This document shows positions 1 through 9,049 of a stretch of DNA of 26,225 nucleotides, in pieces; position 1 is the first letter of the stretch; each line of letters begins with the position of its first letter. This DNA is from Gemmatimonadota bacterium (GTDB lineage Bacteria; Latescibacterota; UBA2968; UBA8231), in the NCBI GenBank assembly GCA_038153405.1, contig JAYOYH010000025.1:36416-62640 (forward strand), given 5' to 3'. The position numbers and the translations under genes are program-made. The notes under the pieces are model-generated. The model was not told where the DNA came from, did no database searches, and saw only the letters and a program-made list of their open reading frames with translations.

Positions 1-62
1 GGGTGATCGAGTACGCCGCGGTTGACTGCCGGGCTGGGGGTACGCGCATGAGATTGTATACG

Positions 63-97
63 AAACGCGGCGCTGCCATTAGGCCGCGCCGCTTTTT
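63..97. terminator. Putative intrinsic terminator hairpin downstream of groEL
   Basis: GCGGCGC-t-GCC (67-77), loop ATTA, GGC-c-GCGCCGC (82-92). Flanked by AAA (63-65) and TTTTT (93-97), so possibly bidirectional. About 30 nt past the groEL stop. Confidence 0.6.
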
Positions 98-120
98 GCA
101 TCTGACGTGGAGGTCAGTGC

Positions 121-1800
<1,680 letters not shown>

Positions 1801-1856
1801 CTAAGATTTTGTTTTGGGTGGATATATTGTGATTTATCTCGATGTTTTTCAGGCGA

Positions 1857-1888
1857 TTTTGGCACTCTCAGCGGAGAGAGTGCCAAAA
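1857..1888. promoter_or_regulatory. CIRCE-like inverted repeat (HrcA operator)
   Basis: TTGGCACTC (1859-1867) - N10 - GAGTGCCAA (1878-1886) versus consensus TTAGCACTC-N9-GAGTGCTAA. Extends to a perfect 13-bp inverted repeat (1857-1869 / 1876-1888). Lies between the groEL promoter and start codon. Confidence 0.85.
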
Positions 1889-1906
1889 AGTCGCGCTGAG
1901 TCGTAA

Positions 1907-1935
1907 AATATAGCGAAGTCCCTATTTCCACGCAA
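1907..1935 (-). promoter_or_regulatory. Putative sigma70-type promoter of groEL
   Basis: Minus strand TTGCGT (1935-1930), 17 nt, TATATT (1912-1907). Places the start site near 1900, just upstream of the CIRCE. Confidence 0.65.
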
Positions 1936-1959
1936 GGCTGTAACGCCTATTTTGTCCAT

Positions 1960-2622
1960 ATGAACCCATTGCATATCTATGCGGCACCGCGCGTTTCTTA
2001 CGGGCGCGCGCTGCGTTGGCAGCGCGCGCGCCGCGATTGCTGCTATGCCGGTGCGGTCGGCGATGCCCTGCTGCTGCTGGAGCACCCGTCGACCTATACC
2101 TGCGGTCGGGCAACGCTGGCCGAGCACCTGCCGCCGCAGGCGTGGTTGCGCGCGCGCGCCGTTGAGGTCGTCGACATTGAACGCGGCGGCAGCATAACGT
2201 ATCACGGTCCCGGTCAACTGGTGGGGTATCCGATTGTAGATTTGCGCGCGCGGGGACGCGATGTGCATCGCTATTTGCGCGACGTGGAGGAAGTCCTCAT
2301 TGTGGCGCTCGCCGCCATGGGCGTTGAGTCGGCGCGGCGCGAAGGGTTGACCGGCGTCTGGGTCGGAGGAAAAAAAATAGCAGCTATAGGCATCCACGTG
2401 AGTCGCTGGATCACGTCGCACGGCTTTGCGCTAAATATCGCGCCCGAATTGGACTTTTTTCGCGCCATGCGTCCCTGCGGACTCAACGGCCAACAGGTGA
2501 CGACCTTGGAGGAGGTGCTGGGCTGCAGCGTGGAGCGGCCCCGCGTAGAAGAGGCGATTATCGAGGCCGTGCAAACGGTGTGGGAGACCGAAGTAGTAGT
2601 GGAAGAGATTGGCGAACTGTAG
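1960..2622 (+). CDS. lipB: Lipoyl(octanoyl) transferase
   Basis: LLLLEHPSTYT, ERGGSITYHGPGQLVGYPI, KKIAAIG, ITSHGFALN and PCG motifs. Confidence 0.95.
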   Translation: MNPLHIYAAPRVSYGRALRWQRARRDCCYAGAVGDALLLLEHPSTYTCGRATLAEHLPPQAWLRARAVEVVDIERGGSITYHGPGQLVGYPIVDLRARGRDVHRYLRDVEEVLIVALAAMGVESARREGLTGVWVGGKKIAAIGIHVSRWITSHGFALNIAPELDFFRAMRPCGLNGQQVTTLEEVLGCSVERPRVEEAIIEAVQTVWETEVVVEEIGEL

Positions 2623-2676
2623 GACGCCGACCGCAGTGAAAAATTAGCAAGTTATAACGAGCCAACGGGGCATCAC

Positions 2677-3156
2677 ATGGATGGAGAAAAGCTGACACAC
2701 CTCGACGAAGAGGGGCGTCTAAAGATGGTCGACGTGGGCGGTAAAGAGAAGACGGCGCGCCTGGCCCGCGTGCGCGGAGAAATTTGCATGCGGCCGGAGA
2801 CGGTGGCCCTGATCGAGCAGAACCGAGTGGCCAAGGGCAATGTGCTAGAGGCGGCCCGGCTGGCGGGCATAATGGCTGCCAAGCGCACGGGGGAGCTAAT
2901 TCCCCTTTGCCATCCGCTCAACATCACGGCTATCGATATTGCATTTACCGTTGGTCGGGATCGGGTGGAAGTAGAGGCCGAGGCGCGCATCGACGATCGC
3001 ACCGGCGTCGAGATGGAGGCACTGACGGCGGCCAGCGTAGCGCTGCTGACGATCTACGATATGTGCAAGGGCGTCGACCGTGGGATGGTGATTTCCGACC
3101 TGCGTCTGATGGAAAAGCGCGGCGGCCGGAGCGGCGTCTACCAGCGGTCAGAGTAA
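2677..3156 (+). CDS. moaC: Cyclic pyranopterin monophosphate synthase MoaC
   Basis: LTHLD..G..MVDV, KGNVL..ARLAGIMAAKRT.ELIPLCH, TGVEMEALT, TIYDMCK, EKRGGRSG. Confidence 0.97.
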   Translation: MDGEKLTHLDEEGRLKMVDVGGKEKTARLARVRGEICMRPETVALIEQNRVAKGNVLEAARLAGIMAAKRTGELIPLCHPLNITAIDIAFTVGRDRVEVEAEARIDDRTGVEMEALTAASVALLTIYDMCKGVDRGMVISDLRLMEKRGGRSGVYQRSE

Positions 3157-3175
3157 GCGGCCGAGCACCGCTTAC
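3153..3175. terminator. Hairpin between convergent moaC and the OmpA-domain gene
   Basis: GTAAGCGG (3153-3160), 7-nt loop, CCGCTTAC (3168-3175). No U-tract, so weak support. Confidence 0.35.
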
Positions 3176-3182
3176 CAACGGG

Positions 3183-3992
3183 TCACTTGCCGTTCTTCTT
3201 TTTCTCTTCTGCGCCGGGCTGCGCCGGGAGTTTGTCCACTAACACGATATCGACGCGGCGGTTCGCGTAGCGCCCCTCGGGTGTCAGATTGCTGGCGACG
3301 GGCCGATTCTTGCCATAGCCGACGGCGTGCAACTGGTCCAAGGGGATGCGGAACACTTCGTTGAGGAAGACGCGCACGCCCTCGGCGCGCCGCTGCGAGA
3401 GCGTCATATTCTCGTCGGCCTTGCCTCTAGAGTCGGTGTGGCCCTCAATGACGAGGGGAAACGTTGGAAACGAACGCACAAAGCGCGCTGCGTAGCGCAG
3501 GCGTTCGTACATATCGGGGTCGATGACGGGCTCTCCCGCTTCGAAATAGATCGTTTCCAACAGGACGAGCTGCGGTTCCAAGTAATAGCCCGTATTGAGC
3601 GGGTACGGCGATTTGACGTCGCTTTTGTGCACGAGGCGAACGAGGGTCAGCTCGGTCGTATCGCGCCAGGTGCGCGTTGTTTTTAGGAGGCCCATGAGTT
3701 GGCCGCGGTAGAGCGCGCGAAAAATGCTGCCCGGTTGCACGCCGTCTCGCGTGCCGAAGTTGACGATGTAGCGGCCGCGGCTCACACCGGCTTGGGGCCC
3801 GCGCTCGCCGGGAGGTAGGTGCACGCGCTGAATTCGGTAGGGCGAGGGTGTGAAGCGGAAGACCTTTTCCTCTACCTCCCCTTTGCTCGTATCGCCTGCC
3901 GCGCTGGCCGTCGTGTCCTGTTGGGCGCGCGATAGGTCCGGTGAGAGCACGCTCAGGGTCAGCAGCAGCAATAGGGCGTTGAGGGGTATCAT
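3183..3992 (-). CDS. Exported OmpA-family (OmpA_C peptidoglycan-binding) protein with an extra N-terminal domain
   Basis: Hydrophobic signal peptide (LLLLLTLSVL..SRA/Q). C-terminal IYFE, IEGHTDSRG...NMTLSQRRAEGV, GYGKNRPVASN..PEGRYANRRVDI. Confidence 0.9.
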   Translation of the reverse strand: MIPLNALLLLLTLSVLSPDLSRAQQDTTASAAGDTSKGEVEEKVFRFTPSPYRIQRVHLPPGERGPQAGVSRGRYIVNFGTRDGVQPGSIFRALYRGQLMGLLKTTRTWRDTTELTLVRLVHKSDVKSPYPLNTGYYLEPQLVLLETIYFEAGEPVIDPDMYERLRYAARFVRSFPTFPLVIEGHTDSRGKADENMTLSQRRAEGVRVFLNEVFRIPLDQLHAVGYGKNRPVASNLTPEGRYANRRVDIVLVDKLPAQPGAEEKKKNGK

Positions 3993-3994
3993 GT

Positions 3995-4921
3995 CTAGCG
4001 TAGGGCGTCGGCTAACTGTAGGAGCACGGCCTTTTGGCTGTGCAAGCGGTTTTCGGCCTGTGTGAAGATCAGCGAGCGCGGGTCGTGCAGCATTTCGCCG
4101 GTGATCTCGTAGCCGTGGTGTGCCGGCAGGCAGTGCAAAATCTTCAGGTCTAACCCCTGCACTAGCTCTGCGTTGATCTGGAACGGTTGAAAGAGGGCAA
4201 TGCGTCGCTCCTTCTCTTCGGCAAAGGCGGGATCGGTAAAAAACTCCATGTCAATCCAGGTATCCGTATAGATGACATCGGATTGTTCTAGGACGCCGCG
4301 CAGGGGCTCTGCGTCTTGGCCATATTCGTACAGACCTGCCGCGTGTGCCTCTGCGTAGAGCGCCTCGTCGCGCGCGGCGGGGTTGATTTCCGGACAAATG
4401 CAGGTGACGTGCATGCCCGTTTTTACCCCGGCTGCAATCAGGGAGTTGGCGACGTTGTTGAGCACGCCGACGTAGGTTAGGCGCACGCCGTCGAGCCGTC
4501 CCATCGCTTCGTGCACCGTCATCAGATCGGTCAGCCCCTGCAGCGGGTGATAGCGGTTGCAGCACCCGTTCATGATGGGAACCGTAGATGCGTCGGCCGC
4601 GCGCAGTACGTCGTCGTGCTGCATTAGGCGCGCGACGATAAAATCGGCATAACTGCTGAGCACGCGCACTTCGTCGCCCAGGTCGGCTAGGCCAAAATTG
4701 GTGTTGCGCCAGTCTAAGTAGAGGGCATGACCGCCCAGCTGCGTCATGCCGATTTCGCCGGCACAGCGCGTGCGCGTAGAGGTTTTTTGAAAGAGCAGGG
4801 CCAGCGTCTTGCCGCTCAGCGCCGCGCTGTAGTGGCGCGGATTGCGCTTGATATCAATGCTGCGTTCGACGGTTTGCAGGACGTCCTCCGGCGACCAGTC
4901 TTTTAGCGTTACTAAGTGCAA
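3995..4921 (-). CDS. argF: Ornithine carbamoyltransferase-family enzyme
   Basis: FQKTSTRTR (carbamoyl-phosphate binding), HPLQ, HCLP, QAENRLH. TTG start with GGAG RBS. Substrate loop reads DTWIDMEFF. Confidence 0.85.
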   Translation of the reverse strand: MHLVTLKDWSPEDVLQTVERSIDIKRNPRHYSAALSGKTLALLFQKTSTRTRCAGEIGMTQLGGHALYLDWRNTNFGLADLGDEVRVLSSYADFIVARLMQHDDVLRAADASTVPIMNGCCNRYHPLQGLTDLMTVHEAMGRLDGVRLTYVGVLNNVANSLIAAGVKTGMHVTCICPEINPAARDEALYAEAHAAGLYEYGQDAEPLRGVLEQSDVIYTDTWIDMEFFTDPAFAEEKERRIALFQPFQINAELVQGLDLKILHCLPAHHGYEITGEMLHDPRSLIFTQAENRLHSQKAVLLQLADALR

Positions 4922-4933
4922 AAGCGTCAGCTC

Positions 4934-5884
4934 CTAGCGTAAATGGCGCTTTATTTCGGCCAGTAATAGATCCGTTACTTCTGCGGCACTGCCCTGCATG
5001 CGACAGCCGGCGGCGCGCGCGTGCCCGCCCCCGGAAAATGCGTTGGCAACGGCGTTAACATCGACGTTTTCCTGCGAGCGCAGGCTGACTCGGTGCATGC
5101 CCGGTTCGTACTCTTTGAATAGCGCGGCAACCTCTACGCCCTTGACCATCAGGCCGTAGTTCACCGCTCCATCGGGGTCGCCGGCGCGCATGGCCTCGGC
5201 ATCGAGCCGCAGCACGGCAATGCGTCCATCGCAGTGCAGCGCCAGCGAATCTATGGCAGTGCCCAGTTGCTTGACCGATGCATAGGTTCTATTGCCAAAT
5301 AGCTGGTCAGAAAGCCGGTCGAGGCGGATGCCAAGGCGGACTAGCTGTGCGGCTACTTCAAAGGTCTTGGGCGTAGTCAGCGAGAAGCGAAAGCTGCCGG
5401 TGTCGAAAATAATGCCGGTGTAAAGTGCCGCTGCAATCGATGTGTCCAAGGGCCAGCCCGCGGCCTGCGCTATGTGATAGACCAACTCACAGGTCGAACT
5501 GACTTCGGTCGTGATGAGGTTCGTTTGGCCCGCCAAAGGCCCGCCTTTGTGGTGGTCTATGGTGAGAATGGGCAGACCGGCAACATGTTCTGCGACGGGG
5601 CCAATGCGCTCTAGATTGGGACAGTCCAAAATGACGACGTGGGTGTACTCGACGTCCAGCACTTCGTCAATGTGACGCACCTCGTTCCAGCCGTCGATAA
5701 ATGCGCACTGGTCGGCAGGTGGATCGGGCAGGCCGATGTGCGCTTCCTTGCCGAGCCGGCGCAGAAACTGCTGCATCGCCATGCACGCGCCGATGCCGTC
5801 GGCATCGCTGTTGACGTGCGTAGTCAACAGGAAGCGCTGCCCGCGCTGAACAAATTCTATAGCTGCTTTGAAATCGAGGTCCAC
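4934..5884 (-). CDS. nrnA: DHH/DHHA1 phosphoesterase, NrnA-like oligoribonuclease/pAp phosphatase
   Basis: THVNSDADGIG, ILD, TIDHH, SSTCELV, GIIFDTGSF, SLRS, GGGHARAAG. GTG start. Confidence 0.9.
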   Translation of the reverse strand: MDLDFKAAIEFVQRGQRFLLTTHVNSDADGIGACMAMQQFLRRLGKEAHIGLPDPPADQCAFIDGWNEVRHIDEVLDVEYTHVVILDCPNLERIGPVAEHVAGLPILTIDHHKGGPLAGQTNLITTEVSSTCELVYHIAQAAGWPLDTSIAAALYTGIIFDTGSFRFSLTTPKTFEVAAQLVRLGIRLDRLSDQLFGNRTYASVKQLGTAIDSLALHCDGRIAVLRLDAEAMRAGDPDGAVNYGLMVKGVEVAALFKEYEPGMHRVSLRSQENVDVNAVANAFSGGGHARAAGCRMQGSAAEVTDLLLAEIKRHLR

Positions 5885-5897
5885 GGCGGGTCTCCGA

Positions 5898-6665
5898 CTA
5901 AGTAACTGCGCCCGGTGCGCGCAACACGTAGTGAACGCGGTCGGAATCTTCCGAACCCGGGTTAAAGGTGAACTCGGCGAGCACGTCGATCAGCTCAAAG
6001 GAACTGGCTGCGATGCGCTGTTCTATATCGGCAAGGCGGTAGATGCGCTGCACGTGTGCTTCGGCATAGGTCGTTTCGTCGCCTTCAAAGCGAATCGAAA
6101 AATCGTTGTGCTGCAGGCGCAAATCCGTCTCGTAATAGCTGTGGCGCTCGTAGGAAAACCCCGGCCCGCTCTCGCGGTCGCGCACGTCGCGGAAGTAGTG
6201 CAGCGAGTTGCGCTCGGTGCACACGTCAAAGACAAAGAGCCCACCGGGCTCGAGTATGGAGCATACTTGATGCAGCGCTTCGTCGATATCGTCCTGCTCC
6301 AGGAGATAGTTAAAGCTGTCGTACATGCACACGGCGCCCTCAAAAGAGCCCAGCTTGGACAAGTCGCGCAGGTCGCGCTGAACGAACTCACCACCGCCGC
6401 GCAGGGCGGCCTTTTCGCGGGCTACGCGGACCATGGATTCGGATGCGTCGGCGCCCGTTACGGTAAAGCCCAAGAGGGCCAGTTCTGCGCTAACATTGCC
6501 CGTCCCACAGGCCAGATCGACCAGGCGTTGAGTGCGAGGGGCATGGCGCTGGAATACGTCGTTGATAAAAGCGGCCCACTCGTCGTAGTCGACGTGGCGC
6601 ATGACGTAGTCGTAAATGGGCGCCAGTCCTTGATAGGGAAATTGGCGCACCGCATCGCTATCCAT
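5898..6665 (-). CDS. Class I SAM-dependent methyltransferase
   Basis: LAPIYD..M..VDY..W, VDLACGTG, GADASESM, DSFNYL, LEPGGLFVFD. ATG at 6665 with GGAGG RBS preferred over the TTG at 6683. Confidence 0.9.
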   Translation of the reverse strand: MDSDAVRQFPYQGLAPIYDYVMRHVDYDEWAAFINDVFQRHAPRTQRLVDLACGTGNVSAELALLGFTVTGADASESMVRVAREKAALRGGGEFVQRDLRDLSKLGSFEGAVCMYDSFNYLLEQDDIDEALHQVCSILEPGGLFVFDVCTERNSLHYFRDVRDRESGPGFSYERHSYYETDLRLQHNDFSIRFEGDETTYAEAHVQRIYRLADIEQRIAASSFELIDVLAEFTFNPGSEDSDRVHYVLRAPGAVT

Positions 6666-6679
6666 AGCCTCGCCTCCGT

Positions 6680-6976
6680 TCAAAAGCTAAGATCGGCGAA
6701 GGGATCGATGCGCTCTTCGCTGAGTATGCGGTAGAAGCGCTGGCGATCGCGCCGGGCCGGTGTGTGCTCGGGCAGGTCGAGCACTTCGACTTCTATGCGG
6801 CGCGTCGTCGTCTCGATGCGCACGCGCTCGCCCACGTGCACCGCCTGGCTCGCTTTGGCGGTCTTCTCCCCATCCAAACCAATGAGCACAACGCGTCCGT
6901 CGTCGCAGGCGCGCTTGGCTTCGCTGCGCTGCTTAATTAGTCCCGTATTCTTGAGGAATATATCCAGTCGCGTCAT
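6680..6976 (-). CDS. S4-domain RNA-binding protein (Hsp15/YabO-RqcP-like)
   Basis: RLDIFLK..GLIKQRSEAKRACDDGRV...AKASQAVHVGERVRI. Single-domain, 98 aa. Confidence 0.88.
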   Translation of the reverse strand: MTRLDIFLKNTGLIKQRSEAKRACDDGRVVLIGLDGEKTAKASQAVHVGERVRIETTTRRIEVEVLDLPEHTPARRDRQRFYRILSEERIDPFADLSF

Positions 6977-8270
6977 GGTCTGGCTCGCGGAGGTAGTCTC
7001 CGTCTAGTCGGGTCTCGATGTGAATTTGCTGGCGATAGTCGCGTATCAACTCGCGCATGGCGCGCTCGGTGCGCGTTTCGCGTATCAAGCTTTCGAGCGT
7101 CGCTTGGTCGTCGTTGATCTTAAATAGGAACCCCTCGCCCTGTAAGAAGAACGGCTCGCTCACTTGGCCCAGCTTTAGACCGTCGATATAGGGTTTGAGG
7201 AAGGCTGGGATCTGGTCGCGGGGAAAGGTGCCCCACAGCCCGCCCTGCATGGCCGAATTGGGGTCGTCAGAATGCGCGCGTGCCAGCGCGGCAAAATCCT
7301 CGCCGGCATCGGTGCGGTGGCGCAGTTCGCGCAGGCGTTCTGCGGCGCGCTCTTTATCGCCATCGACCGTTTTGGCCAGCACCAAGATGTGACTGGCGCA
7401 GATGGCGTCCTCGCGCTTTTCATTGAGGCGGATGACGTGGAAGCCGTAGGGCGACAGCACGGGTTCGCTTATCTCTCCCTGCTTGAGTTGGAAAGCAACC
7501 TCTTCGAATTCCGGTACTAGCGTGCCGGCGGCAAAGCAGCCGAGGTCGCCGCCGTTGGCCGCTGAGCCCGGATCCTCTGAGAACTCACGGGCCAGTGCGG
7601 CGAAGTCGGCTCCGTCGCGCAGGCGCAGCTCTACGTCCAAGGCGCGGGTGCGCTTTTCGGCCAGAATGTCCTCGCTGGGGCGTATTTTGACGCGAATATG
7701 ACTCAGCGAGATTTGCAGCGGCAGCGTGTCGCCCAGCACCTGGCGGAAGGCTTCTACCTCGCGGTGCGTGATATGCTGGCGAAAGGACACGAAGTTGCGC
7801 ATCTGGCGATAGAGCAAGCGGTGGCGAATTTCCTTGCGATAGCGCTGTTTAAGCTGCCGCTCGGTGAGGCCAACTCGTCCTAACATCTCTTCAAACTCGC
7901 TGTCGTTCATATTGCTGCGCGCCATGCGGAACTGCTGAACGAGCATTTCCTCGACTTCCGTTGGGTCGATCTGCAGGCTGTCTTTTTGCGCCTTGAGAAT
8001 GAGAACCTGCTCGTCTACCATGTCATCGAGGACCTGCGTGCGCAGCGCTTCGATGGAATCGGGCGGCGAATAGACGGTTAGGTCGCGCGCATCCATCTCG
8101 AAGCGCAGGCGGTAGTTGAGCTCGGACCAGAGAATGATGTGGTTGTCTACCGAGGCGACGATGCGGTCGATGAGCTCCGCGGCTGTGCTCAGCGTCGGTG
8201 CCGAACAGAATAGGGCGGAGAGCAGTAACAGCGTGCGAAAGGTTTTCTGTATAGATCTATTGGCTGACAA
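6933..8270 (-). CDS. surA: SurA-like periplasmic chaperone / parvulin peptidyl-prolyl isomerase
   Basis: Signal peptide, IDRIVASVDNHIILWSEL (SurA N-domain), and two rotamase domains (DFAALAREFSEDPGSAANGGDLG..PEFE..GFHVI; SHIL..DFAALARAHSDDPNSAMQGGLWG). TTG start. Confidence 0.88.
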   Translation of the reverse strand: MSANRSIQKTFRTLLLLSALFCSAPTLSTAAELIDRIVASVDNHIILWSELNYRLRFEMDARDLTVYSPPDSIEALRTQVLDDMVDEQVLILKAQKDSLQIDPTEVEEMLVQQFRMARSNMNDSEFEEMLGRVGLTERQLKQRYRKEIRHRLLYRQMRNFVSFRQHITHREVEAFRQVLGDTLPLQISLSHIRVKIRPSEDILAEKRTRALDVELRLRDGADFAALAREFSEDPGSAANGGDLGCFAAGTLVPEFEEVAFQLKQGEISEPVLSPYGFHVIRLNEKREDAICASHILVLAKTVDGDKERAAERLRELRHRTDAGEDFAALARAHSDDPNSAMQGGLWGTFPRDQIPAFLKPYIDGLKLGQVSEPFFLQGEGFLFKINDDQATLESLIRETRTERAMRELIRDYRQQIHIETRLDGDYLREPDHDATGYIPQEYGTN

Positions 8271-9048
8271 CGGCCCAATCCTCGCGTTTTTTTAGCGTTT
8301 CCACTAGTTGACTCATGCGCTGGCGGTGTTTCTGCCAGACGATAGTTTCGACGATTTGCGCCCGGACTTGTTCCAGCGGTCGCGCGCTGCCCTCGTCGTA
8401 GCGCTCGAGCACTTCGATAAGGTGGTATCCGTACTCCGTGCGAATGGGGCGCGATGGCTCATTGAGCGCCAGATCTTCACAGGCGGACCACAAAGAAGGG
8501 TCATCGCTCTGCGAAAACACATCGAGTTCGCCGCCGCGGCTGCGCGTGTCGGGATCTTCCGAGTAACTGCGCGCCACTTCCGCAAAGTCGGCGCCGCGGC
8601 GCAGATCGGCGCGGCGCGCGTTGGCCTGGCGCTGGCTGGCCAGCAGTATATGGCGCACGCGCACCTCGGGCTCTTCGCGGTGAAAGAGGTCGAGATGGGC
8701 GTCGTAGTGCTGCTGAATCTCGCTCTCCGATACATCCGTCTCCCCGCGGCCAAACTCGTCGTCCAAGAGAGCGGCCAGCAGCAGGTTGCGCCGCGTGCGC
8801 TCCAACTGCTGCTTGAGGCGTATGTCCTCGTGCAGCTTGCGCTGCAGCGCCTCCTGGTAGAGTAACTCGCTGCCGATCCAATCTTCAACGGCGCGCTGGC
8901 GTTCCTCTGCGCTGGCGTCGTAGGGCAGCACAGCCTCTAGCTCGCTGGCCTTGAGGTGGGCGTCGCCGACGCGGGCGACAACCTCTTCTTGCGGTCCCGA
9001 AGCGCCGCAGGCGGCTAGCAGGAGCAAGAGGGGGACATGCGCCCGCAT
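8257..9048 (-). CDS. PpiC/parvulin peptidyl-prolyl isomerase, PrsA-like lipoprotein
   Basis: Likely start MRAHVPLLLLLAAC (lipobox LAAC) at 9048, just after the mfd stop. VRVRHILL, DFAEVARSYSED..GGEL, PIRTEYGYHLI. Confidence 0.88.
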   Translation of the reverse strand: MRAHVPLLLLLAACGASGPQEEVVARVGDAHLKASELEAVLPYDASAEERQRAVEDWIGSELLYQEALQRKLHEDIRLKQQLERTRRNLLLAALLDDEFGRGETDVSESEIQQHYDAHLDLFHREEPEVRVRHILLASQRQANARRADLRRGADFAEVARSYSEDPDTRSRGGELDVFSQSDDPSLWSACEDLALNEPSRPIRTEYGYHLIEVLERYDEGSARPLEQVRAQIVETIVWQKHRQRMSQLVETLKKREDWAVVSQ

Positions 9049-9049
9049 A

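Noticed and set aside
1..49. Possible minus-strand gene start (MRVPPARQSTAAYSIT) running off the left edge
   Set aside because: Only 16 codons, no clear RBS and no recognisable similarity.
5868..6734. 288-aa plus-strand ORF
   Set aside because: Antisense shadow of the methyltransferase, as expected in high-GC DNA.
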